Under the pieces are notes generated by a model that had not been told where the DNA came from, searched no databases, and saw only the letters and a program-made list of their open reading frames with translations. From NCBI GenBank assembly GCA_964016885.1, contig OZ024742.1, positions 11,346,001-11,410,000 on the forward strand: a stretch of 64,000 nucleotides of DNA. Reading direction: 5' to 3'. The DNA is from Eledone cirrhosa. Its lineage: Eukaryota. The position numbers were made by a program, and so were the translations under genes. This document shows positions 1 to 15,000 of this stretch, piece after piece. The number at the start of each line of letters is the position of its first letter. The first letter of the stretch is position 1.

Positions 1-3000
1 GGTCACAGTGATGGTGATAAACAAGTCTGTAGAAAGATGACTATTGCAGTGTGGTCACAGTGATGGTGATAAACAAGTCTGTAGAAAGATGACGATTGCA
101 GTGTGGTCACATTGATGGTGATAAACAACAGTCTGTAGAAAGATAACTATTGCTGTTTGGTCACAGTGATGGTGATAAACAAGTCTGTAGAAAGATGACT
201 ATTGCAGAGTGGTCACAGTGATGGTGATAAACAATAGAATGTAGAAAGATGACGATTGCAGTGTGGTCACAGTGATGGTGATAAACAATAGAATGTAGAA
301 AGATGACGATTGCAGTGTGGTCACAGTGATGGTGATAAACAAGTCTGTAGAAAGATGACGATTGCAGTGTGGTCACAGTGATGGTGATAAACAAGTATGT
401 AGAAAGATGACGATTGCAGTGTGGTCACAGTGATGGGGATAAACAACAGTCTGTAGAAAGATGACTATTGCAGTGTGGTCACAGTGATGGTGATAAACAA
501 CAGTCTGTAGAAAGATGACGATTGCAGTGTCGTCACAGTGATGGTGATAAACAATAGAATGTAGAAAGATGACGATTGCAGTGTGGTCACAGTGATGGTG
601 ATAAACAAGTCTGTAGAAAAATGACGATTGCAGTGTGGTCACAGTGATGGTGATAAACAATAGAATGTAGAAAGATGACGATTGCAGTGTGGTCACAGTG
701 ATGGTGATAAACAAGTCTGTAGAAAGATGACGATTGCAGTGTGGTCACAGTGATGGTGATAAACAAGTATGTAGAAAGATGACGATTGCAGTGTGGTCAC
801 AGTGATGGGGATAAACAACAGTCTGTAGAAAGATGACTATTGCAGTGTGGTCACAGTGATGGTGATAAACAACAGTCTGTAGAAAGATGACGATTGCAGT
901 GTCGTCACAGTGATGGTGATAAACAATAGAATGTAGAAAGATGACGATTGCAGTGTGGTCACAGTGATGGTGATAAACAAGTCTGTAGAAAGATGACGAT
1001 TGCAGTGTGGTCACAGTGATGGTGATAAACAATAGAATGTAGAAAGATGACGATTGCAGTGTGGTCACAGTGATGGTGATAAACAAGTCTGTAGAAAGAT
1101 GACGATTGCAGTGTGGTCACAGTGATGGTGATAAACAACAGTCTGATGAAAGATGGCGATTGCAGTGTGGTCACAATGATGGTGATAAAAAACAGTCTGT
1201 AGAAATATGGCGATTGCAGTGTGGTCACAGTGATGGTGATAAACAAGTCTGTACAAAGATGGCGATTGCAGTGTGGTCACAGTGATGGTGATAAACAAGT
1301 ATGTAGAAAGATGACCTTTGCAGTGTGGTCACAGTGATGGTGATAAACAACAGTCTGTAGAGAGATGGCGATTGCAGTGTGGTCACAGTGGTGGTGATAA
1401 ACAAGTCTGTAGAAAGATGGCGATTGCAGTGTGGTCACAGTGATAGTGATAAACAACATCTGTAGAAAAATGCCGATTGCAGTGTGGTCACAGTGATGGG
1501 GATAAACAAGTCTGTAGAAAGATGGCGATTGCAGTGTCGTCACAGTGATTGTGATAAACAAGTCTATAGAAAGATGGCGATTGCAGTGTTTTCACAGTGA
1601 TGGTGATAAACAACATTCTGTAGATAGATAACGATTGCAGTGTGGTCACAGTGATGGTGATAAACAAGTCTGTAGAAAGATGGCGATTGCAGTGTGGTCT
1701 CAGTGATGGTGATAAACAACAGTCTGTAGAAGATGGCGATTGCAGTGTGGTCACAGTGATGGTGATAAACAACAGTCTGTAGAAAGATGAAGATTGCAGT
1801 GTGTTCACAGTAATGGTGATAAACAACAGTCTGTAGAAAGATGACTATTGCAGTGTGGCCACAGTGATGGTGATAAACAAGTCTGTAGAAAGATGACAAT
1901 TGCAGTGTGGTCACAGTGATGGTGATAAACAAAGTCTGTAGAAAGATGGCGATTGCAGTGTGGTCACAGTGATCGTGATAAACAACAGTCTGTAGAAAGA
2001 TGATGATTGCAGTGTGGTCATAGTGATGGTGATAAACAACAGTCTGTAGAAAGATGGCGATTGCAGTGTGCTCACAGTGATGGTGATAAACAACAGTCTG
2101 TAGAAAGATGATGATTGCAGTGTGTTCATAGTGATGGTGATAAACAACAGTCTGTAGAAAGATGGCGATTGCAGTGTAGTCACAATGATGGTGATAAACA
2201 ACAGAATGTATAAAGATGACTATTGCAGTGTGGCCACAGTGATGGTGATAAACAACAGTCTGATGAAAGATGGCGATTGCAGTGTGGTCACAATGATGGT
2301 GATAAAAAACAGTCTGTAGAAAGATGGCGATTGCAGTGTGGTCACAGTGATGGTGATAAACAAGTCTGTAGAAAGATGACGATTGCAGTGTGGTCACAGT
2401 GATGGTGATAAACAAAGTCTGTAGAAAGATGGCGATTGCAGTGTGGTCACAGTGATCGTGATAAACAACAGTCTGTAGAAATAGTGCGATTGCAGTGTGG
2501 TCACAGTGATGCTGATAAACAACAGTCTGTAGAAAGATGATAATTGCAGTGTGTTCATAGTGATGGTGATAAACAACAGTCTGTAGAAAGATGGCGATTG
2601 CAGTGTAGTCACAATGATGGTGATAAACAACAGAATGTATAAAGCTGACTATTGCAGTGTGGCCACAGTTATTGTGATAAACAAGTCTGTAGAAAGATGG
2701 CGATTGCAGTGTGGTCACAGTGATGGTGATAAACAAGTCTGTAGAAAGATGACTATTGCAGTGTGGTCACAGTGATGGTGATAAACAAGTCTGTAGAAAG
2801 ATGACGATTGCAGTGTGGTCACATTGATGGTGATAAACAACAGTCTGTAGAAAGATAACTATTGCTGTGTGGTCACAGTGATGGTGATAAACAAGTCTGT
2901 AGAAAGATGACTATTGCAGAGTGGTCACAGTGATGGTGATAAACAATAGAATGTAGAAAGATGACGATTGCAGTGTGGTCACAGTGATGGTGATAAACAA

Positions 3001-6000
3001 TAGAATGTAGAAAGATGACGATTGCAGTGTGGTCACAGTGATGGTGATAAACAAGTCTGTAGAAAGATGACGATTGCAGTGTGGTCACAGTGATGGTGAT
3101 AAACAAGTATGTAGAAAGATGACGATTGCAGTGTGGTCACAGTGATGGGGATAAACAACAGTCTGTAGAAAGATGACTATTGCAGTGTGGTCACAGTGAT
3201 GGTGATAAACAACAGTCTGTAGAAAGATGACGATTGCAGTGTCGTCACAGTGATGGTGATAAACAATAGAATGTAGAAAGATGACGATTGCAGTGTGGTC
3301 ACAGTGATGGTGATAAACAAGTCTGTAGAAAAATGACGATTGCAGTGTGGTCACAGTGATGGTGATAAACAATAGAATGTAGAAAGATGACGATTGCAGT
3401 GTGGTCACAGTGATGGTGATAAACAAGTCTGTAGAAAGATGACGATTGCAGTGTGGTCACAGTGATGGTGATAAACAAGTATGTAGAAAGATGACGATTG
3501 CAGTGTGGTCACAGTGATGGGGATAAACAACAGTCTGTAGAAAGATGACTATTGCAGTGTGGTCACAGTGATGGTGATAAACAACAGTCTGTAGAAAGAT
3601 GACGATTGCAGTGTCGTCACAGTGATGGTGATAAACAATAGAATGTAGAAAGATGACGATTGCAGTGTGGTCACAGTGATGGTGATAAACAAGTCTGTAG
3701 AAAGATGACGATTGCAGTGTGGTCACAGTGATGGTGATAAACAATAGAATGTAGAAAGATGACGATTGCAGTGTGGTCACAGTGATGGTGATAAACAAGT
3801 CTGTAGAAAGATGACGATTGCAGTGTGGTCACAGTGATGGTGATAAACAACAGTCTGATGAAAGATGGCGATTGCAGTGTGGTCACAATGATGGTGATAA
3901 AAAACAGTCTGTAGAAATATGGCGATTGCAGTGTGGTCACAGTGATGGTGATAAACAAGTCTGTACAAAGATGGCGATTGCAGTGTGGTCACAGTGATGG
4001 TGATAAACAAGTATGTAGAAAGATGACCTTTGCAGTGTGGTCACAGTGATGGTGATAAACAACAGTCTGTAGAAGGATGACGATTGCAGTGTGGTCACAG
4101 TGATGGTGATAAACAACAGTCTGTAGAGAGATGGCGATTGCAGTGTGGTCACAGTGGTGGTGATAAACAAGTCTGTAGAAAGATGACGATTGCAGTGTGG
4201 TCACAGTGATAGTGATAAACAACATCTGTAGAAAAATGCCGATTGCAATGTGGTCACAGTGATGGGGATAAACAAGTCTGTAGAAAGATGGCGATTGCAG
4301 TGTCGTCACAGTGATTGTGATAAACAAGTCTATAGAAAGATGGCGATTGCAGTGTTTTCACAGTGATGGTGATAAACAACATTCTGTAGATAGATAACGA
4401 TTGCAGTGTGGTCACAGTGATGGTGATAAACAAGTCTGTAGAAAGATGGCGATTGCAGTGTGGTCTCAGTGATGGTGATAAACAACAGTCTGTAGAAGAT
4501 GGCGATTGCAGTGTGGTCACAGTGATGGTGATAAACAACAGTCTGTAGAAAGATGAAGATTGCAGTGTGTTCACAGTAATGGTGATAAACAACAGTCTGT
4601 AGAAAGATGGCGATTGCAGTGTGGTTACAGTGATGGTTATAAACAACAGTCTGTAGAAAGATGACGATTGCAGTGTGGTCACAGTGATGGTGATAAACAA
4701 CAGTCTGTAGAAAGATGACTATTGCAGTGTGGTCACAGTGATGGTGATAAACAAGTCTGTAGAATGATGACTATTGCAGTGTGGTCACAGTGATGGTGAT
4801 AAACAACAGAATGTAGAAAGATGACTATTGCAGTGTGGCCATAGTGATGGTGATAAACAAGTCTGTAGAAAGATGACGATTGCAGTGTGGTCACAGTGAT
4901 GGTGATAAACAAAGTCTGTAGAAAGATGGCGATTGCAGTGTGGTCACAGTGATCGTGATAAACAACAGTCTGTAGAAAGATGATGATTGCAGTGTGATCA
5001 TAGTGATGGTGATAAACAACAGTCTGTAGAAAGATGGCGATTGCAGTGTGGTCACAGTGATGGTGATAAACAACAGTCTGTAGAAAGATGATGATTGCAG
5101 TGTGTTCATAGTGATGGTGATAAACAACAGTCTGTAGAAAGATGGCGATTGCAGTGTAGTCACAATGATGGTGATAAACAACAGAATGTATAAAGATGAC
5201 TATTGCAGTGTGGCCACAGTGATGGTGATAAACAACAGTCTGTAGAAAGATGACGATTGCAGTTTGGTCATAGTGATGGTGATTAACAACAGTCTGTAGA
5301 AAGATGACGATTGCAGTGTGGTCACAGTGATAGTGATAAACAAGTCTGTAGAAAGATGACTATTGCAGTGTGGTCACAGTGATGGTGATAAACAAGTCTG
5401 TAGAAAGATGACGATTGCAGTGTGGTCACAGTGATGGTGATAAACAAGTCTGTAGAAAGATGACGATTGCAGTGTGGTCACAGTGATGGTGATAAACAAC
5501 AGTCTGTAGAAGGATGACGATTGCAGTGTGCTCACATTGATGGGGATAAACAACAGTCTGTAGAAAGATAACTATTGCTGTGTGGTCACAGTGATGGTGA
5601 TAAACAAGTCTGTAGAAAGATGACTATTGCAGAGTGGTCACAGTGATGGTGATAAACAAGTCTGTAGAAAGGTGACGATTGCAGTGTGGTCACAGTGATG
5701 GGGATAAACAACAGTCTGTAGAAAGATGACGATTGCAGTGTGGTCACAGTGATGGTGATAAACAACAGTCTGTAGAAAGCTGACTATTGCAGTGTCGTCA
5801 CAGTGATGGTGATAAACAACAGTCTGTAGAAAGATGACTATTGCAGTGTGGTCACAGTGATGGTGATAAACAACAGTCTGTAGAAAGATGACGATTGCAG
5901 TGTGGTCACAGTGATGGTGATAAACAAGTCTGTAGAAAGATGATGATTGCAGTGTGGTCACAGTGATGGTGATAAACAACAGTCTGTAGAAAGATGACGA

Positions 6001-9000
6001 TTGCTGTGTGGTCACAGTGATGGTGATAAACAACAGTCTGTAGAATGATGACGTTTGCAGTGTGGTCACAATGATGGTGATAAACAACAGTCTAACGAAA
6101 GATGACTATTGCAGTGTGGTCACAGTGATGTAGATAAACAAGTCTGTAGAAAGATGACTATTGCAGTTTGGTCACAGTGATGGTGATAAACAACAGAATG
6201 TAGAAAGATAACTATTGCTGTGTGGTCACAGTGATGGTGATAAACAAGTCTGTAGAAAGATGACGATTGCAGTGTGGTCACATTGATGGTGATAAACAAC
6301 AGTCTGTAGAAAGATGGCGATTGCAGTGTGGTCACAGTGATGGTGATAAATAACAGAATGTAGAAAGTTAACTATTGCTGTGTGGTCACAGTGATAGTGA
6401 TAAACAAGTCTGTAGAAAGATGACTATTGCAGTGTTGTCATAGTGATGGTGATAAACAAGTCTGTAGAAAGATGACGATTGCAGTGTGGTCACAGTGATG
6501 GTGATAAACAACAGTCTGTAGAAAGATGACGATTGCTGTGTGGTCACAGTGATGGTGATAAACAACAGTCTGTAGAATGATGACGTTTGCAGTGTGGTCA
6601 CAGTGATGGTGATAAACAACAGTCTAACGAAAGATGACTATTGCAGTGTAGTCACAGTGATGGTGATAAACAAGTCTGTAGAAAGATGACTATTGCAGTG
6701 TGGTCACAGTGATGGTGATAAACAACAGTCTGTAGAAAGATGACGATTGCAGTGTGGTCACAGTGATGGTGATAAACAACAGTCTGTAGAAAGATGACTA
6801 TTGCAGTGTGGTCACAGTGATGGTGATAAACAACAGTCTGATGAAAGATGGCGATTGCAGTTTGGTCACAATGATGGTGATAAACAACAGTCTGATGAAA
6901 GATGGCGATTGCAGTGTGGTCACAATGATGGTGATAAAAAACAGTCTGTAGAAAGATGGCGATTGCAGTGTGGTCACAGTGATGGTGATAAACAAGTCTG
7001 TAGAAAGATGACGATTGCAGTGTGGTCACAGTGATGGTGATAAACAAAGTCTGTAGAAAGATGGCGATTGCAGTGTGGTCACAGTGATGGTGATAAACAA
7101 CAGTCTGTAGAAAGATGATGATTGCAGTGTGGTCATAGTGATGGTGATAAACAACAGTCTGTAGAAAGAGTGCGATTGCAGTGTGGTCACAGTGATGCTG
7201 ATAAACAACAGTCTGTAGAAAGATGATGATTGCAGTGTGTTCATAGTGATGGTGATAAACAACAGTCTGTAGAAAGATGGCGATTGCAGTGTAGTCACAA
7301 TGATGGTGATAAACAACAGAATGTATAAAGATGACTATTGCAGTGTGGCCACAGTTATGGTGATAAACAAGTCCGTAGAAAGATGGCGATTGCAGTGTGG
7401 TCACAGTGATGGTGATAAACAAGTCTGTAGAAAGATGACTATTGCAGTGTGGTCACAGTGATGGTGATAAACAAGTCTGTAGAAAGCTGACGATTGCAGT
7501 GTGGTCACATTGATGGTGATAAACAACAGTCTGTAGAAAGATAACTATTGCTGTGTGGTCACAGTGATGGTGATAAACAAGTCTGTAGAAAGATGACTAT
7601 TGCAGAGTGGTCACAGTGATGGTGATAAACAAGTCTGTAGAAAGGTGACGATTGCAGTGTGGTCACAGTGATGGGGATAAACAACAGTCTGTAGAAAGAT
7701 GACGATTGCAGTGTGGTCACAGTGATGGTGATAAACAACAGTCTGTAGAAAGATGACGATTGCAGTGTGGTCACAGTGATGGTGATAAACAATAGAATGT
7801 AGAAAGATGATGATTGCAGTGTGGTCACAGTGATGGTGATAAACAAGTCTGTAGAAAGATGACGATTGCAGTTTGGTCATAGTGATGGTGATAAACAACA
7901 GTCTGTAGAAAGATGAAGATTGCAGTGTGGTCACAGAGATGGTGATAAACAAGTCTGTAGAAAGATGACTATTGCAGTGTGGAAACAGTGATGGTGATAA
8001 ACAAGTCTGTAGAAAGATGACGATTGCAGTGTGGTCACATTGATGGTGATAAACAACAGTCTGTAGAAAGATGGCGATTGCAGTGTGGTCACAGTGATGG
8101 TGATAAACAACAGAATGTAGAAAGATAACTATTGCTGTGTGGTCACAGTGATGGTGATAAACAAGTCTGTAGAAAGATGACTATTGCAGAGTGGTCACAG
8201 TGATGGTGATAAACAAGTCTGTAGAAAGGTGACGGTTGCAGTGTGGTCACAGTGATGGGGATAAACAACAGTCTGTAGAAAGATGACTATTGCAGTGTGG
8301 TCACAGTGATGGTGATAAACAACAGTCTGTAGAAAGATGACGATTGCAGTGTTGTCACAGTGATGGTGATAAACAACAGTCTGTAGAAAGACGACTATTG
8401 CAGTGTGGTCAAAGTGATGGTGATAACAACAGTCTGTAGAAAGATGGCGATTGCAGTGTGGTCACAGTGATGGTGATAAACAACAGTCTGTAGAAAGCTG
8501 ACTATTGCAGTGTCGTCACAGTGATGGTGATAAACAAAAGTCTGTAGAAAGATGACTATTGCAGTGTGGTCACATTGATGGTGATAAACAACAGTCTGTA
8601 GAAAGATGATGATTGCAGTGTGGTCACAGTGATGCTGATAAACAAGTCTGTAGAAAGATGACGATTGCAGTGTGGTCACATTGATGGTGATAAACAACAG
8701 TCTGTAGAGAGATGGCGATTGCAGTGTGGTCACAGTGATGGTGATAAACAACAGAATGTAGAAAGATGACTATTGCTGTGTGGTCACAGTGATGGTGATA
8801 AACAAGTCTGTAGAAAGATGACTATTGCAGTGTGGTTATAGTGATGGTGATAAACAAGTCTGTAGAAAGATGGCGATTGCAGTGTGGTCACAGTGATGGT
8901 GATAAACAACAGTCTGTAGAAAGATGGCGATTGCAGTGTGGTCACGGAGATGGTGATAAACAACATTCTGTAGATAGATAACGATTGCAGTGTGGTCACA

Positions 9001-12000
9001 GTGATGGTGATAAACAAGTCTGTAGAAAGATGGCGATTGCAGTGTGGTCTCAGTGATGGTGATAAAGAAGTCTGTAGAAAGATGGTGATTGCAGTGTGAT
9101 CTCAGTGATGGTGATAAACAACAGTCGGTAGAAGATCGCGATTGCAGTGTGGTCACAGTGATGGTGATAAACAACAGTCTGTAGAAAGATGACGATTGCA
9201 GTGTGGTCACAGTGATGGTGATAAACAACAGTCTGTAGAAAGATGGCGATTGCAGAGTGGTCACAGTGATGGTGATAAACAACAGTCTGTAGAAAGATGG
9301 CGATTGCAGTGTGGTCACAGTGATGGTGATAAACAACTCTGTAGAGAGATGACGATTGCAGTGTGGTCACAGAGATGGTGATAAACAACAGTCTGTAGAA
9401 AGATGACGATTGCAGTGTGGTCACAGTGATGGTGATAAACAACAGTCTGTAGAAAGCTGACTATTGCAGTGTGGTCACAGTGATGGTGATAAAAAACAGT
9501 CTGTAGAAAGATGACTATTGCAGTGTGGTCACAGTGATGGTGATAAACAACAGTCTGTAGAAAGATGACGATTGCAGTGTGGTCACAGTGATGGTGATAA
9601 ACAAGTCTGTAGAAAGATGACTATTGCAGTGTGGTCACAGTGATGGTGATAAACAAGTCTGTAGAAAGATGACGATTGCAGTGTGGTCACATTGATGGTG
9701 ATAAACAACAGTCTGTAGAAAGATAACTATTGCTGTGTGGTCACAGTGATGGTGATAAACAAGTCTGTAGAAAGATGACTATTGCAGAGTGGTCACAGTG
9801 ATGGTGATAAACAAGTCTGTAGAAAGGTGACGATTGCAGTCTGGTCACAGTGATGGGGATAAACAACAGTCTGTAGAAAGATGACTATTGCAGTGTGGTC
9901 ACAGTGATGGTGATAAACAACAGTCTGTAGAAATATGACGATTGCAGTGTCGTCACAGTGATGGTGATAAACAACAGTCTGTAGAAAGATGACTATTGCA
10001 GTGTGGTCACAGTGATGGTGATAAACAACAGTCTGTAGAAAGATGATGATTGCAGTGTGGTCACAGTGATGGTGATAAACAAGTCTGTAGAAAGATGACG
10101 ATTGCAGTGTGGTCACAGTGATGGTGATAAACAACAGTCTGTAGAAAGATGACGATTGCAGTGTCGTCACAGTGGTGGTGATAAACAATAGAATGTAGAA
10201 AGATGACGATTGCAGTGTGGTCACAGTGATGGTGATAAACAAGTCTGTAGAAAGATGACGATTGCAGTGTGGTCACAGTGATGGTGATAAACAATAGAAT
10301 GTAGAAAGATGACGATTGCAGTGTGGTCACAGTGATGGTGATAAACAAGTCTGTAGAAAGATGACGATTGCAGTGTGGTCACAGTGATGGTGATAAACAA
10401 GTATGTAGAAAGATGACGATTGCAGTGTGGTCACAGTGATGGTGATAAACAAGTCTGTAGAAAGATGACGATTGCAGTGTGGTCACAGTGATGGTGATAA
10501 ACAACAGTCTGTAGAAAGATGGCGATTGCAGTGTGGTCACAGTGATGGGGATAAACAACAGTCTGTAGAAAGATGACGATTGCAGTGTGGTCACAGTGAT
10601 GGTGATAAACAACAGTCTGTAGAAAGATGACGATTGCTGTGTGGTCACAGTGATAGTGATAAACAACAGTCTTTAGAATGATGACGATTGCAGTGTGGTC
10701 ACAGTGATGGTGATAAACAACAGTCTGTAGAAAGATGACGATTGCTGTGTGGTCACAGTGATGGTGATAAACAACAGTCTGTAGAATGATGACGATTGCA
10801 GTGTGGTCACAGTGATGGTGATAAACAACAGAATGTAGAAAGATAACTATTGCTGTGTGGTCACAGTGATGGTGATAAACAAGTCTGTAGAAAGATGACG
10901 ATTGCAGTGTGGTCACAGTGATGGTGATAAACAACAGTCTGTAGAAAGATGACGATTGCTGTGTGGTCACAGTGATGGTGATAAACAACAGTCTGTAGAA
11001 AGATGACGATTGCTGTGTGGTCACAGTGATGGTGGTAAACAACAGTCTGTAGAAAGATGACGATTGCTGTGTGGTCACAGTGATGGTGATAAACAACAGT
11101 CTGTAGAAAGATGACTATTGCAGAGTGGTCACAGTGATGGTGATAAACAAGTCTGTAGAAAGGTGACGATTGCAGTGTGGTCACAGTGATGGGGATAAAC
11201 AACAGTCTGTAGAAAGATGACTATTGCAGTGTGGTCACAGTGATGGTGATAAACAACAGTCTGATGAAAGATGGCGATTGCAGTGTGGTCACAATGATGG
11301 TGATAAAAAACAGTCTGTAGAAATATGGCGATTGCAGTGTGGTCACAGTGATGGTGATAAACAAGTCTGTACAAAGATGGCGATTGCAGTGTGGTCACAG
11401 TGATGGTGATAAACAAGTATGTAGAAAGATGACCTTTGCAGTGTGGTCACAGTGATGGTGATAAACAACAGTCTGTAGAAGGATGACGATTGCAGTGTGG
11501 TCACAGTGATGGTGATAAACAACAGTCTGTAGAAAGATGGCGATTGCAGTGTGGTTACAGTGATGGTGATAAACAACAGTCTGTAGAAAGATGACGATTG
11601 CAGTGTGGTCACAGTGATGGTGATAAACAACAGTCTGTAGAAAGATGACTATTGCAGTGTGGTCACAGTGATGGTGATAAACAAGTCTGTAGAAAGATGA
11701 CGATTGCAGTGTGGTCACAGCGATGGTGATAAACAAAGTCTGTAGAAAGATGGCGATTGCAGTGTGGTCACAGTGATCGTGATAAACAACAGTCTGTAGA
11801 AAGATGATGATTGCAGTGTGGTCATAGTGATGGTGATAAACAACAGTCTGTAGAAAGATGGCGATTGCAGTGTGATCACATTGATGGTGATAAACAACAG
11901 TCTGTAGAAAGATGACTATTGCAGTGTGGTCACAGTGATGGTGATAAACAACAGTCTGTAGAAAGATGACGATTGCAGTTTGGTCATAGTGATGGTGATT

Positions 12001-15000
12001 AACAACAGTCTGTAGAAAGATGACGATTGCAGTGTGGTCACAGTGATGGTGATAAACAAGTCTGTAGACAGATGACTATTGCAGTGTGGTCACAGTGATG
12101 GTGATAAACAAGTCTGTAGAAAGATGACGATTGCAGTGTGGTCACAGTGATGGTGATAAACAACAGTCTGTAGAAAGATGACGATTGCTGTGTGGTCACA
12201 GTGATGGTGGTAAACAACAGTCTGTAGAAAGATGACGATTGCTGTGTGGTCACAGTGATGGTGATAAACAACAGTCTGTAGAAAGATGACTATTGCTGTG
12301 TGGTCACAGTGATGGTGATAAACAAGTCTGTAGAAAGGTGACGATTGCAGTGTGGTCACAGTGATGGTGATAAACAAAGTCTCTAGAAAGATGGCGATTG
12401 CAGTGTGGTCACAGTGATCGTGATAAACAACAGTCTGTAGAAAGATGATAATTGCAGTGTGGTCATAGTGATGGTGATAAACAACAGTCTGTAGAAAGAT
12501 GACGATTGCAGTGTGGTCACAGTGATGGTGATAAACAACAGTCTGTAGAAAGATGACTATTGCAGTGTGGTCACAGTGATGGTGATAAACAAGTCTGTAG
12601 AATGATGACAATTGCAGTGTGGTCACAGTGATGGTGATAAACAACAGAATGTAGAAAGATGACTATTGCAGTGTGGTCACAGTGATGGTGATAAACAAGT
12701 CTGTAGAAAGATGGCGATTGCAGTGTGGTCACAGTGATCGTGATAAACAACAGTCTGTAGAAGGATGATGATTGCAGTGTGGTCATAGTGATGGTGATAA
12801 ACAACAGTCTGTAGAAAGATGGCGATTGCAGTGTAGTCACAATGATGGTGATAAACAACAGAATGTATAAAGATGACTATTGCAGTGTGGCCACAGTTAT
12901 GGTGATAAACAAGTCTGTAGAAAGATGGCGATTGCAGTGTGGTCACAGTGATGGTGATAAACAATAGAATGTAGAAAGATAACTATTGCTGTGTGGTCAC
13001 AGTGATGGTGATAAACAAGTCTGTAGAAAGATGACTATTGCAGAGTGGTCACAGTGATGGTGATAAACAAGTCTGTAGAAAGATGACGATTGCAGTGTGG
13101 TCACATTGATGGTGATAAACAACAGTCTGTAGAAAGATAACTATTGCTGTGTGGTCACAGTGATGGTGATAAACAAGTCTGTAGAAAGATGACTATTGCA
13201 GAGTGGTCACAGTGATGGTGATAAACAATAGAATGTAGAAAGATGACGATTGCAGTGTGGTCACAGTGATGGTGATAAACAATAGAATGTAGAAAGATGA
13301 CGATTGCAGAGTGGTCACAGTGATGGTGATAAACAAGTCTGTAGAAAGATGACGATTGCAGTGTGGTCACAGTGATGGTGATAAACAATAGAATGTAGAA
13401 AGATGACGATTGCAGAGTGGTCACAGTGATGGTGATAAACAAGTCTGTAGAAAGATGACGATTGCAGTGTGGTCACAGTGATGGTGATAAACAATAGAAT
13501 GTAGAAAGATGACGATTGCAGTGTGGTCACAGTGATGGTGATAAACAAGTCTGATGAAAGATGGCGATTGCAGTGTGGTCACAATGATGGTGATAAAAAA
13601 CAGTCTGTAGAAATATGGCGATTGCAGTGTGGTCACAGTGATGGTGATAAACAAGTCTGTACAAAGATGGCGATTGCAGTGTGGTCACAGTGATGGTGAT
13701 GAACAAGTATGTAGAAAGATGACCTTTGCAGTGTCGTCACAGTGATGGTGATAAACAACAGTCTGTAGAAGGATGACGATTGCAGTGTGGTCACAGTGAT
13801 GGTGATAAACAACAGTCTGTAGAGAGATGGCGATTGCAGTGTGGTCACAGTGGTGGTGATAAACAAGTCTGTAGAAAGATGGCGATTGCAGTGTGGTCAC
13901 AGTGATAGTGATAAACAACATCTGTAGAAAAATGCCGATTGCAGTGTGGTCACAGTGATGGGGATAAACAAGTCTGTAGAAAGATGGCGATTGCAGTGTC
14001 GTCACAGTGATGGTGATAAACAATTCTATAGAAAGATGGCGATTGCAGTGTTTTCACAGTGATGGTGATAAACAACATTCTGTAGATAGATAACGATTGC
14101 AGTGTGGTCACAGTGATGGTGATAAACAAGTCTGTAGAAAGATGGCGATTGCAGTGTGGTCTCAGTGATGGTGATAAACAACAGTCTGTAGAAGATGGTG
14201 ATTGCAGTGTGGTCACAGTGATGGTGATAAACAACAGTCTGTAGAAAGATGAAGATTGCAGTGTGTTCACAGTAATGGTGATAAACAACAGTCTGTAGAA
14301 AGATGGCGATTGCAGTGTGGTTACAGTGATGGTGATAAACAACAGTCTGTAGAAAGATGACTATTGCAGTGTGGTCACAGTGATGGTGATAAACAACAGT
14401 CTGTAGAAAGATGACTATTGCAGTGTGGCCACAGTGATGGTGATAAACAAGTCTGTAGAAAGATGACGATTGCAGTGTGGTCACAGTGATGGTGATAAAC
14501 AAAGTCTGTAGAAAGATGGCGATTGCAGTGTGGTCACAGTGATCGTGATAAACAACAGTCTGTAGAAAGATGATGATTGCAGTGTGGTCATAGTGATGGT
14601 GATAAACAACAGTCTGTAGAAAGATGGCGATTGCAGTGTGGTCACAGTGATGGTGATAAACAACAGTCTGTAGAAAGATGATGATTGCAGTGTGTTCATA
14701 GTGATGGTGATAAACAACAGTCTGTAGAAAGATGGCGATTGCAGTGTAGTCACAATGATGGTGATAAACAACAGAATGTATAAAGATGACTATTGCAGTG
14801 TGGCCACAGTGATGGTGATAAACAACAGTCTGTAGAAAGATGACGATTGCAGTTTGGTCATAGTGATGGTGATTAACAACAGTCTGTAGAAAGATGACGA
14901 TTGCAGTGTGGTCACAGTGATAGTGATAAACAAGTCTGTAGAAAGATGACTATTGCAGTGTGGTCACAGTGATGGTGATAAACAAGTCTGTAGAAAGATG

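Noticed and set aside
1141-1210. Hammerhead in satellite variant GTCTGATGAAAG
   Set aside because: CTGATGA is present, but no downstream GAAA-stem III-UH with a complementary stem I can be formed.
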